Of a stretch of 64,000 bases of DNA, positions 19,353 to 28,135 are shown in pieces. The stretch is from assembly GCA_016936815.1 (NCBI GenBank), contig JAFGXD010000047.1, positions 2,276-66,275 on the forward strand, given 5' to 3'. The notes below the pieces were generated by a model. The model had not been told where the DNA came from. It made no database searches and saw nothing but the letters and a program-made list of their open reading frames with translations. Made by a program: the position numbers and the translations under genes. Each line of letters begins with the position of its first letter. Position 1 is the stretch's first letter. This DNA is from Bacteroidales bacterium (GTDB lineage: Bacteria > Bacteroidota > Bacteroidia > Bacteroidales > GWF2-38-335).

Positions 19353-20591
19353 TTAGTTTATATACATTTTATATAACTTCTTGTATTCCAGACCATTCTT
19401 TTCAATATAAAGAAAAAATAGTATATTATTCCGGATTTTGATGTTTTCAATATGCACAAAGTCCGGAATTTTTATTTCTTTACCCAATTCCCCTGTTTTA
19501 AGATTAATTTCCATTACTGAAGTAATTCCGTTTTGTTTAAATAGAGAATAGACCTTGCCGGCAATTTCATCAACAAATATTTCCTCCTTCCAATTTTTAT
19601 TTTTATGAAAAGAAATAGGAATTTCATTTATTATATCACCGTTTTCGGTTAAAAATTCCATTTTGCCGTCAACATAATTCAAAATTATTAGCGAATCGCC
19701 CAGTTTAACCAATGGAGCAAAAATTGGATCGAAAAAGCACATCTGTTCAAAACGTAAATCGCTTTCGTTTGGCGAAGGTCCCATAGCCCAAAATCGGTTA
19801 TTAAAAGCTAATCGTTCCAAACCGGCTTCATCTCCAATTACTCTAATTTTCTCATGCTTGCCATCTTCTTTATTCATTGAAAAGTAAATAAGAACCTGAT
19901 TTCTAAGGTAATACTCCTTAAAGTAGAATTTATTTATTGTGGCTTCCAAACAACGTGGAAAAAGTGAATCGAAATCGCTTGTTTCCATTTGGTAAAGCAA
20001 TTGAAGGTTGCTAGAATCGTAAAAAATTTGATAAGCGTACTTTTTTGTAACAAGGTGCAAATTATCAAGACAATCGCGAAAAATCCTTTCTGGTTTCGAT
20101 ACCTCGTATGTTGTTACTGTATCGCCTGAATTTGTCATTAGAACCAAAAGAGGTTGGTTTATTTTTCTGTATTTACAGGCTAACAAGAGAATACTGTCGC
20201 CGTAAAAGTCATAATCCCAAACGTAAAGAGGCTTTTTTTCTATCATATCGTAAATACGATTTTTTGTAATTACCACAGTATCCGACATATAAGTCCTTTT
20301 TTCCAAACTTAGATTAAGGTTTAAATCTTTTTTTTCTTTAATTGTTTTTTGAAAATCGTGGTAGTTTATATGAGTAAATAGGAGAGTGGCAGGTGCATTT
20401 TCAAGGTTAATTTTATAATTCCCATTCTTATCGGAAATAGCTCCTGTCTTTTTTCCAAATACCGAAATATGGATGTCGGAAACCGGCTGCCCTGTTGTTT
20501 TATCGGTTATTTTTCCTGAAACGGTGAAGCTTTGGGCATTAATAATTGCACAAATAAAAAATAAAATCAATATGAATAGTAATCTCTTCAT
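19353..20591 (-). CDS. CarboxypepD_reg-like domain protein (secreted), last gene of the ECF sigma cluster
   Basis: 412 aa with a signal peptide. FTVSGKITDKTTGQPVSDIHISVFGKKTGAISDKNGNYKINL is the carboxypeptidase-regulatory-like fold signature. The remaining ~310 aa are unrecognised. The start lies 2 nt after the anti-sigma stop. Confidence 0.7.
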   Translation of the reverse strand: MKRLLFILILFFICAIINAQSFTVSGKITDKTTGQPVSDIHISVFGKKTGAISDKNGNYKINLENAPATLLFTHINYHDFQKTIKEKKDLNLNLSLEKRTYMSDTVVITKNRIYDMIEKKPLYVWDYDFYGDSILLLACKYRKINQPLLVLMTNSGDTVTTYEVSKPERIFRDCLDNLHLVTKKYAYQIFYDSSNLQLLYQMETSDFDSLFPRCLEATINKFYFKEYYLRNQVLIYFSMNKEDGKHEKIRVIGDEAGLERLAFNNRFWAMGPSPNESDLRFEQMCFFDPIFAPLVKLGDSLIILNYVDGKMEFLTENGDIINEIPISFHKNKNWKEEIFVDEIAGKVYSLFKQNGITSVMEINLKTGELGKEIKIPDFVHIENIKIRNNILFFLYIEKNGLEYKKLYKMYIN

Positions 20592-20593
20592 TT

Positions 20594-21685
20594 TTAATTT
20601 AGTTTCTTTAATACATCACCGGCTCTTTCTGAGTAAAAGCCTTTATTTTTCTCAATTTCCTGAAAGAGTTCTATAGCTTCCTGCATTTCATTATTTTTTA
20701 CAAGCGATAATGCCAAATACCAAGAAGCCTCCTGCTGAAAAGCATTGAATTTGTGTGTTTTAGCTTGAGAAAAGCATTGAATAGCTTTTTTCCATTTACC
20801 CAAGTTAAAATAACATAAACCGCTGTAGAAATCGGCGTTAATATCACCCGGATATTGCGATAATATTATTTTGAGGTCTTTAAGAGTTCCTCTGTAATTG
20901 CTGTTTACGAATTTTAGGAGTGCAGACCCAAGGTAGTCTGAATAAGGAATAAATTCAAGTTTAAAATCTTCAATTGAAGCATTGTTTTTTTCTTCTTCAG
21001 AGCCGAATTGTGCAGGAACGCCATCGAGGTTATGGGTAAATATTTTTATGCCTGAAGTATAAATATTGGAGTAATCTACTGTTTTTAAGTCGTGTATGTA
21101 AACAATTCCGGAATTAATTCTGTTTTTAATTTCAATTTCCAAATTAATTGAATCTTTTTGGTTAGCAATTTTTTCGGGAGCAATAGTTTCAAACTTTTCT
21201 ATTTTTTCAGGTATTTTGTTTTCAGCAACTTGGTTTTCAACAGCTTTTCGGTAAGTAATTTGCTCTGATGGTTCAATTTCTTCAGAATTTTCCAGTTCCA
21301 TTTCTACTGAAATTTGTTCATCCAAAAGTTTTTGGTCGGCTAGCGATAGTTCGTTGTTGCTGGTGGAAATTGCAATTTTTTCATTATTTTCGTCATTAAG
21401 GAGAAAATATGTAGTTATAGCCACCACAATAAAGACAGAAGAAAAGATTAAAATTCGCGAAAGACTTGAAATGCCTGTTTTTCCGGAGAAATGGGGTAAA
21501 TTATTAATAGCACCCGGGTTTTCGGAATAACCTTGCATTGCGGTGCGATTAAGCTCATTATTTTCGATTTTTAGTTCAATTCTATATTTTTCTTCGGGGG
21601 AAAGATTTCCCGAAAGATAATCCTGAATCTCTTTTTTTGTAAGAGGTTCAGTATTGTTGAAAATATTTTTATATTCGTTTTTCAT
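20594..21685 (-). CDS. Membrane-anchored putative anti-sigma factor with C-terminal TPR-like repeats
   Basis: 363 aa. Overlaps the ECF sigma gene by 4 nt (ATGA). Has a single TM (LSRILIFSSVFIVVAITTYFLL) after a ~70-aa cytoplasmic head. C-terminal helical repeats (..GKWKKAIQCFSQA..EASWYLALSLVKNNEMQEAIELFQEI..). Confidence 0.6.
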   Translation of the reverse strand: MKNEYKNIFNNTEPLTKKEIQDYLSGNLSPEEKYRIELKIENNELNRTAMQGYSENPGAINNLPHFSGKTGISSLSRILIFSSVFIVVAITTYFLLNDENNEKIAISTSNNELSLADQKLLDEQISVEMELENSEEIEPSEQITYRKAVENQVAENKIPEKIEKFETIAPEKIANQKDSINLEIEIKNRINSGIVYIHDLKTVDYSNIYTSGIKIFTHNLDGVPAQFGSEEEKNNASIEDFKLEFIPYSDYLGSALLKFVNSNYRGTLKDLKIILSQYPGDINADFYSGLCYFNLGKWKKAIQCFSQAKTHKFNAFQQEASWYLALSLVKNNEMQEAIELFQEIEKNKGFYSERAGDVLKKLN

Positions 21686-22281
21686 GATTCTACGGTCCTT
21701 AATTTTTCGGGTTGGGTTAACAGCAAACGTAAGTTTCTTTTTCCGTTTTGAATATTCGACTTAACTTGTTTTAAATCGAAACTTGTAATTTCTGAAATTT
21801 CAGCATAGCATTTCTGTTGTAAATAGAACAGATTAATACAAATTTTTTGATCGGGTTTAAGTTGCTCGATTGCATGGGGAAGCAATTTCAAGGTATTTTC
21901 ATCAAAAATGTTTTCATTTTCATCGTTGTATCCGTTTTGCATTTCGGGAAAATCGTTGATGAATTTTTCTATTCTTTTTTGTTCCCTGCCTTTTGATCTT
22001 AAGTACATAAGACAGAAGTTTTTAGCTACAGAAAACAGCCAAGTTTTAAAATATTCTATTTCGTTAATTCTTAATTGGGTATAAAGTTTTTCGAATACAT
22101 TGGAGAGAACTTCTTTAGCATCGTTTTCGTTTTTAAGAAAGTTAAGACAAACACCATAAACCAAATGATAGTAACGCCTGTAAATCTCGTTGAAGAACCG
22201 GATTTTTCCGGTCCTTCGGTACGAGATTATTATTTCCTCGTCGGAGAGTTTTTTTATATTATTGCTACCTAAAAGGTTCAT
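21682..22281 (-). CDS. RNA polymerase ECF-type sigma-70 factor
   Basis: 199 aa. Region 2 (..YYHLVYGVCLNFLKNENDAKEVLSNVFEKLY..FKTWLFSVAKNFCLMYLR) and a region 4 HTH (..CYAEISEITSFDLKQVKSNIQNGKRNLR). Confidence 0.85.
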   Translation of the reverse strand: MNLLGSNNIKKLSDEEIIISYRRTGKIRFFNEIYRRYYHLVYGVCLNFLKNENDAKEVLSNVFEKLYTQLRINEIEYFKTWLFSVAKNFCLMYLRSKGREQKRIEKFINDFPEMQNGYNDENENIFDENTLKLLPHAIEQLKPDQKICINLFYLQQKCYAEISEITSFDLKQVKSNIQNGKRNLRLLLTQPEKLRTVES

Positions 22282-22341
22282 GGCGTTTTTAAAAGTTTAA
22301 TGTTAGAAAAAATTCTCTAAACTGCAAAAACTTAAATTTAA

Positions 22342-23115
22342 CTATTCTTCTGTTTCAGGAGTTTCCTCAACTTGTTCTGCCGGTTTTTCACTCTTTTTTG
22401 CAATTTGGTCAGCTCTATAGTCATTATAAAGGTCGAAATAGCTTTTAGTTTCCAGAATAACTACTCCACCGGTAATATCTCCATATTTTGCAGGTATTCC
22501 ACCTGTGTACATAACCAACCTACCAATAGCAGCGCCGGGAATTGTAGTGGAAAAATCTCTTTGTTTTACACCATCAATAATGCAAACAGATTCTCCGGGA
22601 CGCGAACCTCTAATAATTACATCTTTATTGTTTTCGCTAATATTTACCTCAGATGACATTGTTCGAATAGCAGCCCCAATATTCTTATTATCAGGTAGTT
22701 TTACCAGTTGAGAGGAAACTAGACTCATTCTTGTAACATCTTCCGGATCAAGAAGTTTTTCTCTGTGGCCTGTAATAACCGGTCCGTTAAGAACTTCTGT
22801 TGCCACTTCCATTGTAATAGGTTTCATCATTACAACTTTGTCGGCACTTACTAAAATTCCGGTAATTATTTTTTCTCTGTAACCCAAACAAGTTATGCTT
22901 AGATTGTAGGTGCCTGAATTTAAAGGCTTAATAATATAATTACCTTTTTGGTCTGTTATTGAGTATAACTTCTGTCCCCCATAATCTACAACAACAGCAG
23001 CCATTTCAAGAGGTTTTTTATCGGAGCCGAGCAATTGTCCCTTAATTACACCATTTTGTGAAAAGAGACCCTGAGCCGACATCAGGATGATTGAGATAAG
23101 GATTAATTTTTTCAT
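22342..23115 (-). CDS. CarboxypepD_reg + TonB-dependent-receptor Plug domain protein lacking a beta-barrel
   Basis: 257 aa with a signal peptide. GVIKGQLLGSDKKPLEMAAVVV..DQKGNYIIKPLNSGTYNL resembles CarboxypepD_reg. IIRGSRPGESVCIIDGV...GGIPAKYGDITGGVVILETK resembles a Plug. It ends in an acidic tail with no barrel. Confidence 0.7.
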   Translation of the reverse strand: MKKLILISIILMSAQGLFSQNGVIKGQLLGSDKKPLEMAAVVVDYGGQKLYSITDQKGNYIIKPLNSGTYNLSITCLGYREKIITGILVSADKVVMMKPITMEVATEVLNGPVITGHREKLLDPEDVTRMSLVSSQLVKLPDNKNIGAAIRTMSSEVNISENNKDVIIRGSRPGESVCIIDGVKQRDFSTTIPGAAIGRLVMYTGGIPAKYGDITGGVVILETKSYFDLYNDYRADQIAKKSEKPAEQVEETPETEE

Positions 23116-23175
23116 GATTTAAAATTTTAAGTTTTTGCTGTTTAGATGCCGGCATGAAAAAATTCCATAAAAAAA

Positions 23176-23203
23176 GCTGCCTTATTTTTAAGACAGCCTT
23201 TTT
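23176..23203. terminator. Hairpin downstream of the 23300 gene
   Basis: GCTGCCTTA-tttt-TAAGACAGC (8 of 9 pairs) flanked by an A-run upstream and a T-run downstream. Usable in either orientation. Confidence 0.4.
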
Positions 23204-23299
23204 ATATTAAATGAGATTATTATTCTTCCCATTTTACTTCCATTTGAAATTCATTATTTATTTTGCAGCAGAAAAAAAAGAAAATATAAGTCAAGACTA

Positions 23300-24352
23300 T
23301 TATTCAACATCCTTCATTTGTTCGTCGAGTCTTTTTGCATCTTGAATCCTGCTGTGAATGGTGTTTACGTACATTCTATGCATGCTTTTGCCTTCGGTTT
23401 GGTAAGCTTTTTCTGCCCATTTAAGAGCATCGCCTAAGTTGCCTTCAATTTCGTTTGCAAGAGCAAGGTTAAAACAAGCTCTGGCTTTAATTTTTGGGTC
23501 TGAAGATTCGGCATGTTTTTGCCATAATTCCGAGGCTTGTTTCCAGTTGTTTGTTCTAACAAAAGCTTTTGCAGCTTTAAAATCGTCGTTGCCTTTAGTG
23601 TAGTATGAACGGGCAACATTAACCCAAACGGGTGAAATTCTTGCAGCATATAATGTTCCGGCATAGAAGCCTGCATCGTTTGTTGCAGCTCGTTTGTGAG
23701 GAAGTTTAGAAACGGCTCTTTTTGGGTCTTCATCGTCGGCAGAAAAGCCTTTCATATCGCGGAAAGAACTTTGGTCTATTATGGTTTTGGTCTGCGGGTC
23801 GTAAACTCTCCAGCCGCAAGTTACATAAACGTCTAAATGTTCAATAAACAGATTGTAATCAAAGGTTTTGTCGTTAACCTTTCTTGTCTTTTTTTCTACA
23901 GCCGAACGTCTTCTATTATCGGAATCGAAAGTTTCAAGAGTAATTAATGCATCGGCTTTGTTTTCCTTACATATTTTCTCAACTTCCTCCCAATTTAGGG
24001 GTATTGGCCAGGCAGCTGTCCCTGTTCCTCTAAGGTCAATGTTGGTGGGACGCACAACCTCAAATCTGGGACTACTAACAATAACATCAACAAATCCCAG
24101 AATAGTTTTTTCGGAAGCTTCTCTGTCTTGTTGAAAGCCTTCGCCACTTAAGAGTCCTTCAACAATATTACCTGCTTTTTCGCCCTTATCGGGAAGACTC
24201 CTGTTGGCAATAGCAACTTTTTTAATTTTTGAAGGAAGGGTAATTTCGGCGGGGTTAAGAACTTGAACACCAACGCTTGATGTTTTACATGAATTGAAAA
24301 AAAGGATTCCTGTAAGAATCGCAATGCTAATAAGATAACTGTTCGTTTTCAT
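23300..24352 (-). CDS. Lipoprotein with C-terminal TPR-like repeats
   Basis: 350 aa. Lipobox ..ILFFNSC. The C-terminus ..NNWKQASELWQKHAE..ARACFNLALANEIEGNLGDALKWAEKAYQ.. is TPR-like. Confidence 0.65.
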   Translation of the reverse strand: MKTNSYLISIAILTGILFFNSCKTSSVGVQVLNPAEITLPSKIKKVAIANRSLPDKGEKAGNIVEGLLSGEGFQQDREASEKTILGFVDVIVSSPRFEVVRPTNIDLRGTGTAAWPIPLNWEEVEKICKENKADALITLETFDSDNRRRSAVEKKTRKVNDKTFDYNLFIEHLDVYVTCGWRVYDPQTKTIIDQSSFRDMKGFSADDEDPKRAVSKLPHKRAATNDAGFYAGTLYAARISPVWVNVARSYYTKGNDDFKAAKAFVRTNNWKQASELWQKHAESSDPKIKARACFNLALANEIEGNLGDALKWAEKAYQTEGKSMHRMYVNTIHSRIQDAKRLDEQMKDVE

Positions 24353-24456
24353 ATTTATGAATAATTTTTTTAGATATTATCAATTTGCGTGCCCAAATGC
24401 AAAAATAGTATAAAAGGATTTATAAGCATCACAACAAATCGCAAAAGATTACAATT

Positions 24457-25026
24457 TCAAACTTTATAATCCCTAATATAATCTCTCAAATTTTTTGCAG
24501 GTTCAAGCGTTTTATAAAGTTTAACCTGCATAACTGTTCCCTCGAAAGTAAAATACAGTAATTCAGCTTTTTTTCTTGTTTCTGTTGGCGAAAGATTTGG
24601 TTTCAATTCTTTAAGCAGGTTGGTAAAACGGTCGACAATCTGCTCATTTACAATTACTAATCCCTGCCTAAACATTTCATTAACATCGGCAAGTTCCTGA
24701 ATAAAATTCCCAAAAAATGAACCTCCTTTATAATCGTTTTTGGCAAGTTCTTCAAAAAAATGGTTAAAATAGTTTTCAAGTTTTTCAATTGAATTGACTG
24801 TAGAATCGTTAAAAAACTTGTCGATTTCATTAATTTGTTTTTCAGCAAAATAGTTTATTAATTCAAGCCCAAAGTATTCTTTTGATTCGAAATAAAAATA
24901 GAAAGAGCCTTTGGGTACTTTGCAAATATTTACAATTTCTTGAATTCCTGTGTTGTGAAAGCCTTTAATGTGCATTAATTCTGCACCTTTTTCAAGAAGT
25001 AATTGTTTTGTTTTTTGTTTTTTCAT
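24457..25026 (-). CDS. TetR/AcrR-family transcriptional regulator
   Basis: KQLLLEKGAELMHIKGFHNTGIQEIVNICKVPKGSFYFYFESKE is the TetR N-terminal HTH. The start is placed at ATG 25026 (internal Met of the track ORF), 10 nt downstream of the radical SAM stop. Confidence 0.85.
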   Translation of the reverse strand: MKKQKTKQLLLEKGAELMHIKGFHNTGIQEIVNICKVPKGSFYFYFESKEYFGLELINYFAEKQINEIDKFFNDSTVNSIEKLENYFNHFFEELAKNDYKGGSFFGNFIQELADVNEMFRQGLVIVNEQIVDRFTNLLKELKPNLSPTETRKKAELLYFTFEGTVMQVKLYKTLEPAKNLRDYIRDYKV

Positions 25027-25036
25027 AGTCTTTTTT

Positions 25037-26131
25037 TCAAAATTTGTTTTTAGCAGCCTCTTCAAGCATTCGATAGTGGCACATTAAGACCTCGTCGTTT
25101 TCGAAATCCCATAAATGCAGGCCATTTCCTCTGCACCACTTAAATTCCTTGCAATCTTTACAGATTCCCTTTTTTGCCCATGATTTATCTCTCATTATCT
25201 GAAATCTATTGTTCCAAACATCCATAAAATCATCTTTATAAATATTTCCCTGAACGACCTTATGCGAGTTGTTGGGACAGGCTGATATTGAGCCATCTAC
25301 CAAAACGGAAGCTACATTAATGCCGGCTCTGCAATAACCAATGCCATCGCGTACTGAAGCTTCGTAATCGCCCAGAAAACCATCGCAGCCGTAACTTGCA
25401 TGAATTCTTCCTTCATTTCTGGTATTTTTAAGAAACTCCATTAAATCAAGCATTTGTTCTTTACTAATAAGCAATTCCGGATTATCTTTTGCTCTGCCAA
25501 TAGGATCAATAGAGAATATTCTCCATTTTTTTACACCTGTTTCAATAAGTAATTCTTTAATGTCGTTTAATTCGGCAAAGTTTTTTGGGTTTGCACAAGT
25601 AACAACATCATATACAATATCTTTTTGGTTTACAAGTAGTTTAATTGCCGAAAGAGCTTTGTTAAAACCGTCTTTATGTCCTCTAAGCCAGTTATGACTT
25701 TCTTCAAGTCCGTCTAAACTAACAGTTACAGAACGTAATCCTGATTTCATAAGGCTGTAGAGGCGTTCTTTTGTTAATGCAATTCCGTTGGTTACAAAGC
25801 CCCAAGGGTAACCCTGACGGTATAGTTCAATGCCAACTTGTTCCAAATCTTGCCTTACTAACGGCTCACCGCCGGTAATTACAATCATTACTTTATTAGG
25901 ATTGTAATGTTCTCTAACCTGATTTGTAATTTTAAGGAAATCTTCTCCCGGCATATCTTTAACGCCCACTTCTTTATGGCAATCGGAACCACAATGTCTG
26001 CAGTTTATATTACATCGAAGAGTACATTCCCAAAAGAAGTAATTGAGTTCATGCAATTGAGCCTGAGTTTTTACATACTTTGAAAAAACATTAAGAGCAA
26101 GACGCTTTTTGAATGAAGGTTTAATCTTCAT
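25037..26131 (-). CDS. Radical SAM enzyme with C-terminal SPASM-type Cys-rich domain (peptide-maturase class)
   Basis: 364 aa. Contains CNINCRHC (CxxxCxxC), GGEPL, and C-terminal ..GYCRAG..SISACPNN..GICKDCKEFKWCRGNG. The start overlaps the stop of the upstream small ORF (ATGA). Confidence 0.9.
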   Translation of the reverse strand: MKIKPSFKKRLALNVFSKYVKTQAQLHELNYFFWECTLRCNINCRHCGSDCHKEVGVKDMPGEDFLKITNQVREHYNPNKVMIVITGGEPLVRQDLEQVGIELYRQGYPWGFVTNGIALTKERLYSLMKSGLRSVTVSLDGLEESHNWLRGHKDGFNKALSAIKLLVNQKDIVYDVVTCANPKNFAELNDIKELLIETGVKKWRIFSIDPIGRAKDNPELLISKEQMLDLMEFLKNTRNEGRIHASYGCDGFLGDYEASVRDGIGYCRAGINVASVLVDGSISACPNNSHKVVQGNIYKDDFMDVWNNRFQIMRDKSWAKKGICKDCKEFKWCRGNGLHLWDFENDEVLMCHYRMLEEAAKNKF

Positions 26132-26328
26132 AATGAAGAACTATTCGTTTCAGTATTAATTGTAAATAATTTGTTGTTATTCGAAAGATTTTTTTTGTAA
26201 TCGGCAGTTGGTCCGCCATATTTTGTTCGGTGTCTAATTCTGCAAGAAACAAGAGTAGAGGAAATTAGAATAGAAGCAGCCGTAAAAATTAGAATTGATG
26301 AAAAAATTTTTGTAAATCTATTTTTCAT
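26128..26328 (-). CDS. Small lipoprotein-like precursor P3 (66 aa) with TKYGGPTADY motif
   Basis: MKNRFTKIFSSILIFTAASILISSTLVSC signal/lipobox, then RIRHRTKYGGPTADYKK. ATGA overlaps on both sides. Confidence 0.7.
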   Translation of the reverse strand: MKNRFTKIFSSILIFTAASILISSTLVSCRIRHRTKYGGPTADYKKNLSNNNKLFTINTETNSSSL

Positions 26329-26582
26329 TTATCATCCTCCATTTCTTTGTAATCTTCTCTAACTGCACCATATTTTTTCGGCATTGGCTGAGGATCGTAA
26401 TTTACAGGAACCCCGTACTTAGTAACAGGTTCATTAATTACGTTATTATTTTCATTATTTGGTTCTTCAGTAGTTTTTTGTTTTCCTTTGCATGAAGAAA
26501 AGGAAATTGTTCCAAGAAAGCTAAGTCCTGCAAGCAGCAAAACGTAAAAACCTGATTTAAATCTTATAATTTTTTTACTCAT
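26325..26582 (-). CDS. Small lipoprotein-like precursor P2 (85 aa) with TKYGVPVNY and KKYGAVREDY motifs
   Basis: MSKKIIRFKSGFYVLLLAGLSFLGTISFSSC signal/lipobox, an Asn/Glu-rich spacer, then two copies of the motif. Confidence 0.7.
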   Translation of the reverse strand: MSKKIIRFKSGFYVLLLAGLSFLGTISFSSCKGKQKTTEEPNNENNNVINEPVTKYGVPVNYDPQPMPKKYGAVREDYKEMEDDK

Positions 26583-26874
26583 TTTCGGGGGTTGTTTTTA
26601 TTATTTCAATTTTTTCAAAATTAGGAGGACAACCATATGCATTAGCTGGTGTATCATTAATTAGTTTTTCTTTTATGATTGTATTATTAATAGAATCGTT
26701 TTGTTTTTTTGTTGAATCTACAACAAATAGTAATGAGTCATATTTAGTACTTCCGGTTAATTCGGTTGTGTTTTTTTTTGTAAAGCAACCTGAAAAGAAA
26801 ATAAATCCAATAGCCAATAGCACTATTCTTTGCAATAAAAATTTGGTTTTATAGTAATTCAATTTCAAATCCAT
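26575..26874 (-). CDS. Small lipoprotein-like precursor P1 (100 aa from internal ATG) with NAYGCPPNF motif
   Basis: MDLKLNYYKTKFLLQRIVLLAIGFIFFSGC signal/lipobox. Later TKYDS and NAYGCPPNF. The track ORF extends to 27000, but the extension is hydrophobic AT-rich read-through of the promoter region. Confidence 0.6.
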   Translation of the reverse strand: MDLKLNYYKTKFLLQRIVLLAIGFIFFSGCFTKKNTTELTGSTKYDSLLFVVDSTKKQNDSINNTIIKEKLINDTPANAYGCPPNFEKIEIIKTTPENE

Positions 26875-26894
26875 TTTAATTATGCTGTTTAAAA

Positions 26895-26902
26895 CAAAAA
26901 TA
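26895..26902 (-). promoter_or_regulatory. Candidate -7 box (TATTTTTG) for the precursor/radical SAM operon
   Basis: TAnnTTTG match on the minus strand, 20 nt upstream of ATG 26874. Confidence 0.35.
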
Positions 26903-27118
26903 TGAAAAAATATTATGGCTTCACTTATTTTATAAACAAATTTGAGTCCAAATAAAAAATATAGGTAAAAAGTATGTATTCCCTGTGAAGAAAACCACAT
27001 TTCTTTTAATTGTTAGTCGAGATTTATTGCTTTTAATTCCTCGTTTACCAATTATATTTTATAAGTTTGAAATTAAATTTAAGAACGTACCATAAAAGTT
27101 TAAAAAAGAATTTTTACA

Positions 27119-27529
27119 ATGACCTCAAAAGTTATTTATACAGGAGATTTAAGAACCAATTTGCAACACATTCAATCCGGAGACACAATAATAACCGATG
27201 CCCCAACCGACAATAAAGGCAAAGGAGAAGCATTCTCTCCAACCGATTTGATGGCCACTTCATTGGCTTCTTGCATGCTAACAATAATTGGAATAAACGC
27301 CATGGAAAGAGGTTATTCAATAGATGGTGCAAGTGCTGAAGTTACCAAAATAATGAATTCGGAGCCCAGAAGAGTAGGAGAAATTAAGGTAATATTTAAT
27401 TTTCCGGGAAATTATTCAGAAATAGATAAGAAAAGGATTGAGGCAAGTGCATACTCTTGTCCGGTAAGTAAAAGCTTACATCCCGAATTAAAACAAACAA
27501 TTGAATTCAATTATGGAACCAACAATTAA
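27119..27529 (+). CDS. OsmC/Ohr-family peroxiredoxin-like protein
   Basis: 136 aa. ..GKGEAFSPTDLMATSLASCMLT.. and ..YSCPVSKSL.. carry the two conserved OsmC cysteines. Confidence 0.8.
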   Translation: MTSKVIYTGDLRTNLQHIQSGDTIITDAPTDNKGKGEAFSPTDLMATSLASCMLTIIGINAMERGYSIDGASAEVTKIMNSEPRRVGEIKVIFNFPGNYSEIDKKRIEASAYSCPVSKSLHPELKQTIEFNYGTNN

Positions 27530-27893
27530 ACCCGGATTAACCGGAAAGATGGAACATATAGTCAGGCCACAAGATTCTGCATCTAACTACAGATCGGGAA
27601 CTTTGGAGGTTTTTGCCACCCCGGCCATGATTGCCTTAATGGAACAAACAGCAATGAATTCTGTTCAGGACTTGCTTCCCAAAGGCTTTTCTACCGTTGG
27701 TGTTGAAATAAGAACCACACATTTAAAAGCCACAGCCATTGGTAAAAAAGTAATTTGCGAATCAAATCTTGTTATTGTATCCGGAAAAGAACTGGAATTT
27801 GAAATTTCTGCTTTCGATGAGGTAAATCTTATCGGAAAGGCTTATCATAAGAGAGTAATTATTGATGTTAAACGTTTTTTGTCTCGTATTTAA
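27513..27893 (+). CDS. Hotdog-fold thioesterase-like protein
   Basis: ~126 aa from ATG 27513. The ..TLEVFATPAMIALMEQTA.. pattern fits small hotdog thioesterases. Overlaps the osmC-like stop. Confidence 0.6.
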   Translation: MEPTIKPGLTGKMEHIVRPQDSASNYRSGTLEVFATPAMIALMEQTAMNSVQDLLPKGFSTVGVEIRTTHLKATAIGKKVICESNLVIVSGKELEFEISAFDEVNLIGKAYHKRVIIDVKRFLSRI

Positions 27894-28135
27894 TGGGTTG
27901 TTTGACGAACTTCCAATTTATTCGTATAAAAATCTATTGACGTTATATAAAAAGGAAATCTCAATTAGCACCAATTATTCCGTCTTTCTTTTCATTAATA
28001 ATTGTTTATCAGCACCTTACAAATCAAAATGAAAATCTTTTTGTTTTCTAAGTTATTTCCCTTAGGCTTCCATACTGATAGATATATAAGGCGTTTATTG
28101 TAATTTTACATTAGTAACTAATAAACACTTATCTT

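Noticed and set aside
26875-27000. 42-codon N-terminal extension of precursor P1 (MWFSSQGIHTFYLYFLF...).
   Set aside because: The internal ATG 26874 gives a normal basic-hydrophobic-lipobox signal like P2 and P3, and a TAnnTTTG box sits inside the extension. The extension is probably promoter DNA.
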